Source of the DNA: Patescibacteria group bacterium
GTDB lineage: Bacteria > Patescibacteriota > Minisyncoccia > Phycocordibacterales > UBA9973
NCBI GenBank assembly: GCA_040384805.1
Contig: JAZKIP010000009.1
Location: 1,490 to 65,489, forward strand
Direction of reading: 5' to 3'
DNA length: 64,000 nt
Shown here: in pieces, positions 9,192-19,104 of the stretch
Position numbering within the stretch: position 1 is the stretch's first letter
How the letters are laid out: the number at the start of each line of letters is the position of its first letter
Notes under the pieces: generated by a model
What the model saw: only the letters and a program-made list of their open reading frames with translations
Told to the model about the DNA's origin: nothing
Databases searched by the model: none
Program-made: the position numbers and the translations under genes

Positions 9192-11306
9192 ATGAAGAAT
9201 TTATTTATATTTTCGATTCTCGGCTTGTTCTGTTTTTCATTTACATTTTTTTCACACACCGCCTTTGCGGCGACTGCGTCTCCGATTGCAACGGTAAATA
9301 TTCAAGACGCACAAATCGTTTCTCAAAACGGCAATGACCTTACTGTTTCCTTCACTCTAAGCAATCGTGAAGGAATGCAAACCGGCGTGAAGTACGGCAT
9401 CCAGCTTGTTTCCGAAACCAAGGCACAGAGGTCCATAGTAGATGAGAAAGTATATGATGAATCTCTGACGCTCAACGAGAACAGCAGTTTTAAGAAAGAA
9501 ATCACATACACTACGCCATCGTATCTAAATGGAGATTACTCTTTGTTTGTGACAAGCCGTAATGCGAGCGGGTTTCCGTTCGGGGTAGCTTTTGCAGGAA
9601 AAATCACCTTTTCCTCTTCCGTGAAAAGCTTTGATATCGTTGAGGATTCTTGTTATCTGAAGGTTGAGGGAGAGAAAAGCAATACTCGCTACGGTCTTCT
9701 TGAAGGAGTCGATATTTCACAGGAGGAAACTCTTCGGTTGACATGCAGCACTATGAACAACTCTCCTTCGGCGCTTTCATTGAGTCCTTCTTTTGAGACA
9801 CGATACCGCTCCTCATATGGAGAGATTGTCCCTGTGGCAGGAGGAGACACGATGCCTATTGCTTTTAAGGCCCTTAAGAAAGAAAATTTTTCCATACTTC
9901 TTCCAAAGGCAACTGCGCCTCAGCTCTATGACTTGAAAGTACTTCTTGCAAACGGACAAACTTTTTCGAATGCGGTTACTATTCGTTATTTTATCCGCGG
10001 GACAAGCGCGACGATACAAAATCTGACTTTGGATAAGGATTATTATACGGCAGGCGAAACGGCGTCACTTTCTCTTGTATGGACGCAATCGGGAAACACG
10101 TTCCTGCGAAATTCGACCACTGCTTTTACAAAGCCTCCCGTGGTTTTCCTCACAACAACTATTTCCGATTCTAAAGATAATGCATGCGTTGATCCTGCGA
10201 AACAAACTCTCGTTAGAAATCCTGCACAATCGAAGACAATCGTAACGATTCCTGTAACAGCACCATGCCGTGATCCGCATATAAATCTTGTTGTGGCTGA
10301 TGAATCGGGTACTATTCTTGATCAGAAAGAATTTTCTTTTACAACAAAGGACGAACCTATGGAACCGCAATCATCTCACAATGCTCGACTATGGCTGATT
10401 GTCGGCGTCGTTTTTCTTACCATAATCATCTTTATATATATGAAAAAGAGAAATAGCGCGAAAGATACAACAACTATTGTAAGAGCTGTGCTCCCTTTCT
10501 TCCTGTTTGCGGCAATGGGAGTGATGTTCTCATCGCATACCGCCTTTGCGGATACGTATGCCTCAGGCATTAATGGTGAAATTCTCTCAACGGTATCGAT
10601 AAATAACGGCTCACCATATGCTCCAGGGGATACCATCACTGTCACATCGTCGATAGTATCGAACGCGACTGTTCCAAGGCGCGTAAATCTCAAAGCAACA
10701 ACAATTGGCAATGCAACTCTCACCCTGATTCCGGATCAAGAAATTGGAGCGGGAGGCATGGTTCCGACTGTCTATGACGCTTTCGCCGCTCCCGGCGCGC
10801 CGTCTTCCCCGGGCTCGTATCTGGTGAGCTTTGTCACAGGTGTCGATGAAGTTGCACAGGGGATATATGTGAAAATTACATCGACAACAGCGGTTGGAGC
10901 AATACCGATGCGAACAAATGCGAATGGAGTTTGCCCTCAAGGTTATGGTATTGGTGACGGTAGCTACGGGGGAGACACATTTACGGGAGCGTGGCAGAAT
11001 TATGCTTATGAGCATGTGACAGAAACAGCTGATTTCTATAGTGACCCGGATGCCACTACCCCTCTTGATGTTGGCGGCTTAGGATTTAGACTGCTGCAGG
11101 GGAAAGTTTCAGATGAAGGAGGAATTTCTTCCGAAAGCCCGACTCCGATCGGAGGAGGGACATCGTATACGTATCAAGGAAGAAGCTTCGATGAAAGCTA
11201 TACGGATCAGTACGGATTTTCATCGTGCGACAAACAGCTCCATTATAGCGGCTATGTCACCTTAGATGGAACAAGCGCTCCGGTCCCTTATGTGCTCTTG
11301 CCATAA
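9192..11306 (+). CDS. large secreted/membrane protein with beta-sandwich-like domains and an internal second signal peptide
   Basis: N-terminal SP ending SHTAFA; TM helix near aa 400-416; second SP ending SHTAFA at aa 453. Confidence 0.75.
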   Translation: MKNLFIFSILGLFCFSFTFFSHTAFAATASPIATVNIQDAQIVSQNGNDLTVSFTLSNREGMQTGVKYGIQLVSETKAQRSIVDEKVYDESLTLNENSSFKKEITYTTPSYLNGDYSLFVTSRNASGFPFGVAFAGKITFSSSVKSFDIVEDSCYLKVEGEKSNTRYGLLEGVDISQEETLRLTCSTMNNSPSALSLSPSFETRYRSSYGEIVPVAGGDTMPIAFKALKKENFSILLPKATAPQLYDLKVLLANGQTFSNAVTIRYFIRGTSATIQNLTLDKDYYTAGETASLSLVWTQSGNTFLRNSTTAFTKPPVVFLTTTISDSKDNACVDPAKQTLVRNPAQSKTIVTIPVTAPCRDPHINLVVADESGTILDQKEFSFTTKDEPMEPQSSHNARLWLIVGVVFLTIIIFIYMKKRNSAKDTTTIVRAVLPFFLFAAMGVMFSSHTAFADTYASGINGEILSTVSINNGSPYAPGDTITVTSSIVSNATVPRRVNLKATTIGNATLTLIPDQEIGAGGMVPTVYDAFAAPGAPSSPGSYLVSFVTGVDEVAQGIYVKITSTTAVGAIPMRTNANGVCPQGYGIGDGSYGGDTFTGAWQNYAYEHVTETADFYSDPDATTPLDVGGLGFRLLQGKVSDEGGISSESPTPIGGGTSYTYQGRSFDESYTDQYGFSSCDKQLHYSGYVTLDGTSAPVPYVLLP

Positions 11307-11366
11307 GGAGTGCGATGTCGCGCGCCGCATAATAATAGTCGCAATTAACAATTATCTTTTAAGAAT

Positions 11367-12662
11367 ATGAAAAAAAAGCTTCCTCTCAATCTTAAATATG
11401 TCAGTTTCATCTTTATTTTCGGACTTGCTTTCGGAGTGTCGCACTCGGCCTCCGCTGTATGGACGTACTATAATTATGAAATTCCTTACACTGTTGCGGT
11501 TACTCTTCCCAACATGGCTCCTGCGGTTGATGCAGGTCCGGATAAGACGATTACCCTTCCCGCATCTTCCGTGTCGATTACAGGCACGGCAATCGATTCG
11601 GATGGTACGATTGCAAGCACGCAATGGTTCCCGGGAGTGCGGGGACAGGTTCCTTATTCATTCTCGAGCCCTTCTTCTTTGACGACAACCGTAAGCGGAT
11701 TTACGTCCCCTGGCGTGTATGTGATTTATTTGAGTGCAACGGACAATCAGATGAATACGGGATCCGATACGATGCAGATAACAGTCGTCGCAGCTTCCGC
11801 TTCCGTAGATCTTGTTGCAGGCAGTGTCTCTCCGGATGCGGCGGCTCTCAATTCTCCGACCCATTTCTTTTCGACGATTACCAATATCGGCGGTACGGCA
11901 ACTCCGGCCGGGTTCTCTAGCTTCTTCCAAGTCGCAACGAGCGCGAATGGCACGGGCGCTGTTACTGATCTTGCCCCTTCGTCAATGAGAGCTCTCCCCT
12001 CAGGCGGGAATAGTACGATTACGTCCCCCTCATATACCTTTTCATCTGCCGGCACATACTCTGTCCGGGCGTGCGCAGATAAAAGTTCATCATCCAATAA
12101 CGGAGTTATTGCCGAGTCGCATGAAGACAATAATTGCAGCCAATGGACGAATGTCACAGTCGCTTCTCTCGTAGCACCCGTTAATGGAGTATGCGGTGAG
12201 AGCCACTACTACTGCACATTCGGCGCGAGCGCGAATAATTCGCAAGAGTCTTCATCGTGGACATGGATGTGTATCGGCTCAAATGGCGGATCCAATAGTT
12301 CATGTTTAGAAATGAATCCTCCCGGAGAGGTGGAACCTGGAGAACCTGAACAGCCAGGAGAACCGGGACAACCAGGAGAGCCCGGACAACCGGGAGAACC
12401 TGGCGATCCCGGGCAACCTGAACAGCCTGGAGAGCCTGAGCAACCCGGAGAACCAACCGGTCCGGGATCGGGGGGAGGAGGTACCACCGGGCCGGGTACG
12501 ACGACATATCAATGCAGTGACGGCAAGGACAATGATAATGATGGAAAGATCGATTACAAAGGAGAGCGTACTGCAAGTCCGGCAGGCGCGGGCGATCCGG
12601 GCTGTGCGAGCGGTCAAGACAATGATGAAAGGAATCTCACTCCTATATATATAGAAAATTAA
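11367..12662 (+). CDS. secreted surface protein: PKD-like, CARDB-like, Cys-rich module, PGE/PGQ repeats and C-terminal DxDxDG Ca-binding motif
   Basis: SP; PAVDAGPD.TITLP; DL...ITNIG...RACAD..ES.EDNNC; VNGVCG; QCSDGKDNDNDGKIDY..DPGC. Confidence 0.8.
   Translation: MKKKLPLNLKYVSFIFIFGLAFGVSHSASAVWTYYNYEIPYTVAVTLPNMAPAVDAGPDKTITLPASSVSITGTAIDSDGTIASTQWFPGVRGQVPYSFSSPSSLTTTVSGFTSPGVYVIYLSATDNQMNTGSDTMQITVVAASASVDLVAGSVSPDAAALNSPTHFFSTITNIGGTATPAGFSSFFQVATSANGTGAVTDLAPSSMRALPSGGNSTITSPSYTFSSAGTYSVRACADKSSSSNNGVIAESHEDNNCSQWTNVTVASLVAPVNGVCGESHYYCTFGASANNSQESSSWTWMCIGSNGGSNSSCLEMNPPGEVEPGEPEQPGEPGQPGEPGQPGEPGDPGQPEQPGEPEQPGEPTGPGSGGGGTTGPGTTTYQCSDGKDNDNDGKIDYKGERTASPAGAGDPGCASGQDNDERNLTPIYIEN
12321..12466 (+). 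repeat. 9-nt-unit coding tandem repeat (PGE/PGQ/PEQ)
   Basis: PGEVEPGEPEQPGEPGQPGEPGQPGEPGDPGQPEQPGEPEQPGEPTGPG. Confidence 0.9.
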
Positions 12663-12663
12663 G

Positions 12664-12713
12664 CAAACACAAACAAAAAAGACGGGTAAGCCCGTCTTTT
12701 TTGTTTGTGTTTG
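12664..12713 (+). terminator. terminator hairpin with 23-bp perfect arms overlapping the tuf -35
   Basis: caaacacaaacaaaaaagacggg-taag-cccgtcttttttgtttgtgtttg. Confidence 0.85.
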
Positions 12714-12738
12714 ACAATCTTTTTTAATTTGCTAGTAT
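12711..12738 (+). promoter_or_regulatory. sigma70 promoter of the tuf-S10 operon
   Basis: TTGACA-16-TAGTAT with extended TG (TGcTAGTAT). Confidence 0.75.
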
Positions 12739-12864
12739 GGAGGTCTATCGCAATATTTGCGTTCCGACTAGCGGTCGGAATTATTTATTAATAATTTATG
12801 TTGGTGTTAGTAATAGAACGGGGTTTCTCGTACGGTCTGTTATTAAAATCAACCAATAATTCAT

Positions 12865-14064
12865 ATGGCAGAAGAATTTAACAGAGACAAGCCACACGTC
12901 AATGTGGGTACGATCGGTCACGTCGACCATGGTAAAACCACGTTAACTGCGGCTATTTTGCAGGTCCTTTCCCGACAGGGAGGCGGATATGGAGCGAAAA
13001 TCAAGGGTGTCGACCAGATCGACTCAGCTCCTGAAGAAAAGGCTCGTGGTATTACGATCGCCCTTTCTCACAACGAGTACTGGACTCCAGCTCGTCACTA
13101 CGCTCACATTGATGCTCCGGGACACGCTGACTACATCAAGAACATGATCACGGGTGCCGCTCAGATGGACGGTGCTATCATTGTCGTTGCCGCAACTGAC
13201 GGCGTTATGCCTCAGACACGCGAGCACATCCTCCTTGCAAAGCAGGTTGGTGTTCCAAAGATCATCGTATTCCTCAACAAGTGCGACATGGTTGATGATC
13301 CTGATATGCTTGACCTCGTCGAAGAAGAAGTCCGTGAACTCCTTACAAAGCAGGGATTTGATGGCGCTAACTCTCCGGTTATCCGCGGTTCAGGCCTTAA
13401 AGCCCTTGAATCTGCTGATAACAACGACGAATGGGCGAAGAAGGTCCTTGATCTTGCGAATGCTCTTGATACATATATTCCAACACCGGAACGTGATGTG
13501 ACAAAGCCATTCCTTATGCCGATCGAAGATATCTTCTCAATTGAAGGACGCGGTACAGTTGTTACAGGTAAGATCGAACGCGGTATTGTCAAAGTCGGTG
13601 AAGAAGTTGAAATCGTCGGTATCAAGGATACAGCAAAGACGACTGTTACGGGTATTGAAATGTTCAACAAGAACCTCAAGGAAGGTATGGCTGGCGACAA
13701 TGCTGGTATCCTTATCCGCGGTATCAAGAAGGAAGACATCACTCGCGGTCAGGTTCTCTGCAAGCCGGGTACTGTAACTCCACATGCTGAATTTGAATGT
13801 GAGGTATACATCCTCAAGAAGGAAGAAGGCGGCCGACACACTCCATTCTTTACAGGTTACAAGCCTCAGTTCTACATCCGTACGACTGACGTAACGGGAG
13901 AATCAACGCTTCCAAGCGGAGTTGAAATGGTTATGCCGGGAGATACAGTCAAGCTCACAGTCAAGCTCGTTACTCCCGTCGCTCTTGAAGAGCAACAGCA
14001 CTTCGCGATCCGCGAAGGAGGCAAGACAGTCGGAGCAGGAGTCGTTACGAAGATAATCAAATAG
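12865..14064 (+). CDS. tuf: elongation factor Tu
   Basis: [25 protein letters not shown]. Confidence 0.99.
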   Translation: MAEEFNRDKPHVNVGTIGHVDHGKTTLTAAILQVLSRQGGGYGAKIKGVDQIDSAPEEKARGITIALSHNEYWTPARHYAHIDAPGHADYIKNMITGAAQMDGAIIVVAATDGVMPQTREHILLAKQVGVPKIIVFLNKCDMVDDPDMLDLVEEEVRELLTKQGFDGANSPVIRGSGLKALESADNNDEWAKKVLDLANALDTYIPTPERDVTKPFLMPIEDIFSIEGRGTVVTGKIERGIVKVGEEVEIVGIKDTAKTTVTGIEMFNKNLKEGMAGDNAGILIRGIKKEDITRGQVLCKPGTVTPHAEFECEVYILKKEEGGRHTPFFTGYKPQFYIRTTDVTGESTLPSGVEMVMPGDTVKLTVKLVTPVALEEQQHFAIREGGKTVGAGVVTKIIK

Positions 14065-14120
14065 CGAACAGCGGAATAGATGAAAGCGTCTTTCGCTTCG
14101 TCGCCCCTGATCCCTACCAT

Positions 14121-14489
14121 ATGGCAACAACAGAATTAAAACCTAAAAAGAAGACGGTCAAGAAAGGAAAAGAAGACGGGACTCAGGTCCAGCTTCGTAT
14201 CCGTGTCCGAGCCTACGAGAACAAGATCCTTGACGCATCCGTCAAGCAGATCATTGATACGGCTCTTCGCTATGATGCGACGATTGTGGGACCGATCCCG
14301 CTTCCAACCGAGATCAAGAAATACACGGTAAACCGCGCATCCTTCGTTTTCAAGAATGCCCGCGAACAATTCGAGATCAGAATCCACAAGCGCGTCATCG
14401 ATATCCTCAATCCGAATCCGAAAACGATCGAAGCGCTGACAAATCTTTCACTCCCTTCGGGTGTGGATATCGACGTGAAGATGATGTAA
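14121..14489 (+). CDS. rpsJ: 30S ribosomal protein S10 (Lys-rich N-terminal extension)
   Basis: GPIPLPT, REQFEIRIHKRVIDI. Confidence 0.98.
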   Translation: MATTELKPKKKTVKKGKEDGTQVQLRIRVRAYENKILDASVKQIIDTALRYDATIVGPIPLPTEIKKYTVNRASFVFKNAREQFEIRIHKRVIDILNPNPKTIEALTNLSLPSGVDIDVKMM

Positions 14490-14588
14490 GTGAAAATAAC
14501 GAGCAAGCAGGGAGATTATTTTCCTTATACCGACCCGGGTCGGGATGCAGATTTTAAAAATCTCACTACGTTCAATTAAAAAATCAAC

Positions 14589-15224
14589 ATGAAATTTATT
14601 CTTGGTAAAAAACAGCATATGATGCAGTGCTTTGATGATAATGGCACGGTGATCCCAACGACTGTCATACAGGCGGGTCCCCTTGTCGTTACTCAAGTCA
14701 AAACTCCTGATACTGACGGCTACACCGCAGTGCAGGTTGCATACGACGAGCAGAAGGAATCGCGCGCGACAAAAGCGCATCTTGGCCATGTTCTGCCATC
14801 GAAGCAGGAAGGCAAAGAAGGCGCATCGACAATCGGAGCTTTCAAGCATCTGCGCGAATTCCGTGATATCGAGGAAATAACAGTCGGCGACCGCATCACC
14901 GTTTCGGCTTTTGCCAAGGGCGATATTGTCACTGTATCGGGCCTTTCAAAAGGAAAGGGATTCCAAGGTGTCGTGAAGCGTCATGGATTCCATGGTGGTC
15001 CGCGATCTCATGGACAGAAGCACTCTGAACGCGAGCCCGGATCAATCGGCGGCGGTCTTCGCAACAAGGTTCCAAAAGGGATGCGCATGGCAGGACGCAC
15101 AGGCGGCGATCGCATTACGATCAAGAATCTTGAGATCATCGGCGTTGATGTGGAGAACAATCAATTACTCGTTAAAGGCGCAATCCCTGGTCGCCGAGGT
15201 ACTTTAGTTGAAATAATCGGCTAA
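14589..15224 (+). CDS. rplC: 50S ribosomal protein L3
   Basis: DGYTAVQ, SKGKGFQGVVKRHGF, PGSIG. Confidence 0.98.
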   Translation: MKFILGKKQHMMQCFDDNGTVIPTTVIQAGPLVVTQVKTPDTDGYTAVQVAYDEQKESRATKAHLGHVLPSKQEGKEGASTIGAFKHLREFRDIEEITVGDRITVSAFAKGDIVTVSGLSKGKGFQGVVKRHGFHGGPRSHGQKHSEREPGSIGGGLRNKVPKGMRMAGRTGGDRITIKNLEIIGVDVENNQLLVKGAIPGRRGTLVEIIG

Positions 15225-15227
15225 TAT

Positions 15228-15902
15228 ATGGAAACACAGATATACAATCAAAAAGGAAAGTCTGTCGGGAAGCTTGATCTTCCAAAGGAGATATTCGATC
15301 TTCCGTGGAATGCCGACCTTGTTCACCAGGTCGTGACAGCGATGCAGGCTAATGCCCGTACGCCTGTTGCTCACTCCCGTACGCGAGCGGAAGTCTCCGG
15401 AGGAGGACGCAAGCCATGGAAACAGAAAGGCACGGGACGCGCTCGTCACGGTTCATCACGTTCTCCGATCTGGAAAGGCGGCGGCGTGACTCACGGTCCG
15501 CGCAATGATAAGATCTATACGCAGAAAATAAACAAGAAGATGAGAGTCAAAGCGCTCTTTACTGTTTTATCCGAGAAGCTCCGGAAGGGTCAGGTTCTCT
15601 TTGTCGAGGAATTGTCACTCAAGAACATCAAGACCAAAGACGCGGTTGCAGTCATGAAGGATCTAAGCGTCGTGAAGGGATTTGAGAAAATCGTCGGCGG
15701 AAAGAAGCCCAATACATACATAACCGTTCCGGCTAAAAGCGATGTCCTAAAAAAGAGCTTTGCCAATATCCCGACGCTTGAAATCGACGAGGTTCGCAAT
15801 ATGAATCCGGTTGATCTTCTGTCATATCGATACGTTATTATTTCACAGCCTCAGGAAAGCATCGCATTCTTGGGCGGCAAGATAGAAAAGCCCCGATCAT
15901 AA
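15228..15902 (+). CDS. rplD: 50S ribosomal protein L4
   Basis: TRAEVSGGGRKPWKQKGTGRARHGS. Confidence 0.98.
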   Translation: METQIYNQKGKSVGKLDLPKEIFDLPWNADLVHQVVTAMQANARTPVAHSRTRAEVSGGGRKPWKQKGTGRARHGSSRSPIWKGGGVTHGPRNDKIYTQKINKKMRVKALFTVLSEKLRKGQVLFVEELSLKNIKTKDAVAVMKDLSVVKGFEKIVGGKKPNTYITVPAKSDVLKKSFANIPTLEIDEVRNMNPVDLLSYRYVIISQPQESIAFLGGKIEKPRS

Positions 15903-15944
15903 TCGGGGTCCCGACGCGAGGTCGGGATAAAATTAAGAATTTAT

Positions 15945-16286
15945 ATGGCAACGACAAAAGAAAAAAAGAATACAAAAGAGAAAAAAGAAGCTGCTGTTGT
16001 CGCCAAGAAAGGCGCATCGCATCCTCTTATTCTCGGTCCCCGCATAACTGAAAAGGGAGCAATCGGAGCGGAAAAAGGCATCTATACTTTTAACGTGAAA
16101 GAAAACGCGAACAAAAACGAGATCAAGAAAGCGATCACTATGCTCTACGGCGTGACTCCCGTCCGAATTTCGATCACGCAAGTGACAGACAAAGTTGTCT
16201 TTCGCGGCGGCGCATGGGGCACGAAGCACGGCGGCAAAAAGGCAGTCGTTCACTTGAAGAAAGGAGATAAAATAACATTTGCATAA
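15945..16286 (+). CDS. rplW: 50S ribosomal protein L23
   Basis: PRITEK, ANKNEIKKAI, KKAVVHL; operon position. Confidence 0.95.
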   Translation: MATTKEKKNTKEKKEAAVVAKKGASHPLILGPRITEKGAIGAEKGIYTFNVKENANKNEIKKAITMLYGVTPVRISITQVTDKVVFRGGAWGTKHGGKKAVVHLKKGDKITFA

Positions 16287-16357
16287 TACCTGTCCCGTTA
16301 GAAAATTAACTAACGGGGAAGAAAAATAAAACTTTAGTAATTAAATTTTTTAATGGG

Positions 16358-17209
16358 ATGAAGAGCTATAAACCAACAACACCATCGAAGCGCCATCAGA
16401 CAACGGTCTCATACCGCAACGTTTTGACGACCGACAAGCCGACAAAGTCTCTGACTCACGGTTTCAAGCGCGCGGTTGGCCGTAACAATCACGGCCGCAT
16501 CACGACGAGGCACAAGGGAGGCGGTCACAAGCGCCTGTATCGCGACGTTGACTTCATGTACAACAAACGCGATATTCCTGCGAAGATCTCAACGATTGAA
16601 TACGATCCGAACCGCAACGCATTCATCGGCCTTGCAGTCTATGCTGACGGCGAGAAGCGCTATGTCGTTGTTCCAAAATCAGTCAAAGTCGGCGATGCAT
16701 TCATGGTCGGCGAAAAGGCGCCGCTTACAACAGGCAACCGCCTCCCGCTCCGCCTTATTCCTGTCGGAACTTTTGTATACAATATCGAGATCAAGCCGGG
16801 CAACGGCGGAAAGCTCGCTCGAAGCGCGGGAACATTCGGTCAAGTCGTGGCAAACGACCTTGGATACACCAATATCAAGATGCCATCGACAGAAGTCCGC
16901 AAAGTGTCTGAGAACTGCTGGGCATGTATCGGCGAAGTCTCAAACTCCGAATTTCATCTTCAGAATTTCGGCAAGGCTGGCCGGTCACGCTGGAAGGGAA
17001 TCCGTCCGACAGTCCGCGGCTCTGCCATGAATCCGGTTGACCACCCATACGGAGGAGGCGAAGGCGCTCAGGGACGAGGCCTGCGACGCGCAAAGACAAT
17101 GTGGGGCAAGCCATCCGGCAAGGGACAGAAGACACGCACTCCGAAGAAATACTCGAACATGTGGGTTGTATCCCGCCGACGGGTTGGCAAGGCTAAAAAG
17201 ACTAAATAA
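16358..17209 (+). CDS. rplB: 50S ribosomal protein L2
   Basis: GRNNHGRIT, EYDPNR, RPTVRGSAMNPVDHPYGGGEG. Confidence 0.99.
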   Translation: MKSYKPTTPSKRHQTTVSYRNVLTTDKPTKSLTHGFKRAVGRNNHGRITTRHKGGGHKRLYRDVDFMYNKRDIPAKISTIEYDPNRNAFIGLAVYADGEKRYVVVPKSVKVGDAFMVGEKAPLTTGNRLPLRLIPVGTFVYNIEIKPGNGGKLARSAGTFGQVVANDLGYTNIKMPSTEVRKVSENCWACIGEVSNSEFHLQNFGKAGRSRWKGIRPTVRGSAMNPVDHPYGGGEGAQGRGLRRAKTMWGKPSGKGQKTRTPKKYSNMWVVSRRRVGKAKKTK

Positions 17210-17211
17210 CT

Positions 17212-17249
17212 TACAACAAAAAATACCCGTACGGGTATTTTTTGTTGTA
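17212..17249. terminator. 38-nt perfect palindrome / terminator after rplB
   Basis: tacaacaaaaaatacccgt|acgggtattttttgttgta. Confidence 0.8.
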
Positions 17250-17260
17250 TACTTGAATAT

Positions 17261-17650
17261 ATGAAAAAAATGACAGAACAAAAACGCTTTTCCCTGATCT
17301 CCCGCATCAAAAGCGCCAATAACGCATGGCGCGGCGTTCTGATTTTCATGCGGAGTACTCACAACGCATGGCTTCAGATATTCTTCGGTTTATTAGCTGT
17401 CTATCTTGGCTTTCTCCTGCATATCTCAAGCGTTGAATGGGTGCTCATCATATTCTGCATCGGATTCGTCATCTTGGCAGAAACTATCAATACGGCGATC
17501 GAGATCGATATTGATCTGACAAGTCCTACATATCATCCCTATGCGCGTGATACAAAGGATGTCGCCGCCGGAGCGGTATTGATCGTTGTTTTTATGGCTT
17601 CTCTCGTTGGTCTTATAATTTTTCTTCCAAAGATACTAGCTCTCCTGTAG
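17261..17650 (+). CDS. dgkA: diacylglycerol/undecaprenol kinase
   Basis: ETINTAIE..ID..SP.YH....TKDVAAGAVL; three TM segments. Confidence 0.9.
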   Translation: MKKMTEQKRFSLISRIKSANNAWRGVLIFMRSTHNAWLQIFFGLLAVYLGFLLHISSVEWVLIIFCIGFVILAETINTAIEIDIDLTSPTYHPYARDTKDVAAGAVLIVVFMASLVGLIIFLPKILALL

Positions 17651-17879
17651 AGGGGTTTTTGCAATACGGGGTATTCTTGCCCCAGGTGACCCTGTTCCAT
17701 GCGCGCTCGTGAATGAAATAAACGGCAAGACTGATTGAATTTGAAAGAATGACGATGATTGTCGACTTTTCAAGATCCTTCGTTACGAGATAGGCGACAC
17801 TGTAATCGATGCAGATGCTGATAAGCCGGTAGGCGATTGCCTTGGCAAGCGAGCGGTATCGTTTGTCTTTGTGGTGCAT
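17613..17879 (-). CDS. DUF2061-like small membrane protein
   Basis: RSLAKAIAYR...YFIHERAWNRVTWG motif. Confidence 0.8.
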   Translation of the reverse strand: MHHKDKRYRSLAKAIAYRLISICIDYSVAYLVTKDLEKSTIIVILSNSISLAVYFIHERAWNRVTWGKNTPYCKNPSTGELVSLEEKL

Positions 17880-17985
17880 AGACGCATCATACTATAACTT
17901 ACATTCTTTCGCATCAGTTTATATAAAATAAAACGCTTTGTATTCCAATGAATGCAAAGCGTTTAGTATTTTCCAATTTCTTGTC

Positions 17986-18909
17986 TTAAGCCATACCCGT
18001 GATTCTATTGTATTCAAAGAGGTTATCTGTAATAATCTCTTTCCAATCATCCGGAGCAGGCTGCTTCTCACCCCACGGATGAGTTAATCCGCTGGACAAA
18101 TTCAGTCGTGCAAGGTTGACATCATACCCGGCGTTCTTCAAAGCCTCGTACACTTCTTTGGCGTCGCCGCCTTGTCCGCCAACTGACTTTTTGCCGATAC
18201 CGGGTATCAAAAGAGGTATCTCGACCCCTCCTTGGGTATAATCATAAGCAATTTGTTCAAGCTGTGTGAGCCATGTAGCTCCTACGACGGCACCGAGTCC
18301 GATATGATTTTTGGCGTTCTTTCTTATCCAGTCTGCTACACGCATGTAAACTAGGCTGCCATCTGTAGTCCCCAGCATTTCAAAATCATTCTTCCCTTCA
18401 TTTGAAGTCAGGTTTAAGACATAGACACCGCGATTTTCTGATGCTTTATCTGGTACATTGCAAAAGGGCAGCATTGAATCGCTTCCCATATATGGGGGAA
18501 TCGTTACCGCATCTGCATCCCAGAATTCAAAACCCTCAAGCATGTAATTTTCTGAAGATTTCAGAATATCTGCTTTCTTAAAATCCAAAATTGTAATCAT
18601 ACCCGGGAAATAAAGTTCGATGAGATCAAAGATCTTCGCAAGCACTATTAATCCTTCAAAATTCAAGTCTTTGGCTTTTCCGTGTTTTGAATAAAATCCC
18701 AGATTTGGCTTGAATGCCCCAGGAGCTACTTTTTGACTTGCCATGTAATCAAAAAGTTCTTCAAGCATGTCATAGAATCCTTTGATTCCACCTGAAATGA
18801 ATTTTTTGTGAAGAGTTGAAATTACAGGGTCGAGACCAAAGCAGATGATGCTTTTGTAGATCTGAGTAGTAATTTTAAGCAACTCGAGATAATTCATAGA
18901 TCTTTTCAT
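17986..18909 (-). CDS. pyrF: orotidine-5'-phosphate decarboxylase (subfamily 2 type)
   Basis: CFGLDP, AFKPNLGFY, ILDFKKADI (DxKxxDI), PYMG.DS, LTSN, GAVVGAT, LLIPGIG. Confidence 0.9.
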   Translation of the reverse strand: MKRSMNYLELLKITTQIYKSIICFGLDPVISTLHKKFISGGIKGFYDMLEELFDYMASQKVAPGAFKPNLGFYSKHGKAKDLNFEGLIVLAKIFDLIELYFPGMITILDFKKADILKSSENYMLEGFEFWDADAVTIPPYMGSDSMLPFCNVPDKASENRGVYVLNLTSNEGKNDFEMLGTTDGSLVYMRVADWIRKNAKNHIGLGAVVGATWLTQLEQIAYDYTQGGVEIPLLIPGIGKKSVGGQGGDAKEVYEALKNAGYDVNLARLNLSSGLTHPWGEKQPAPDDWKEIITDNLFEYNRITGMA

Positions 18910-19104
18910 TGTAAAGAGTTTAAGTGATGAATATTGTTTTTGTAAGAGAATTTTCCCTCATACTACAGCACCTTATGTTTTTGTCAAACTACGAAGGATT
19001 GCCTGTATTAGTGATGTTATTAAAATAACTAATATTTTCTTAGAAATTAAAAATGGAACAAAAAAACAGGACGAAATCGTTCCTGCTTTTTTATTTTTGC
19101 AAAA

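Noticed and set aside
12321-12466. Repeat array as CRISPR or true collagen
   Set aside because: It is an in-frame 9-nt coding repeat without spacers or cas genes, and Gly periodicity is interrupted by PEQ units.
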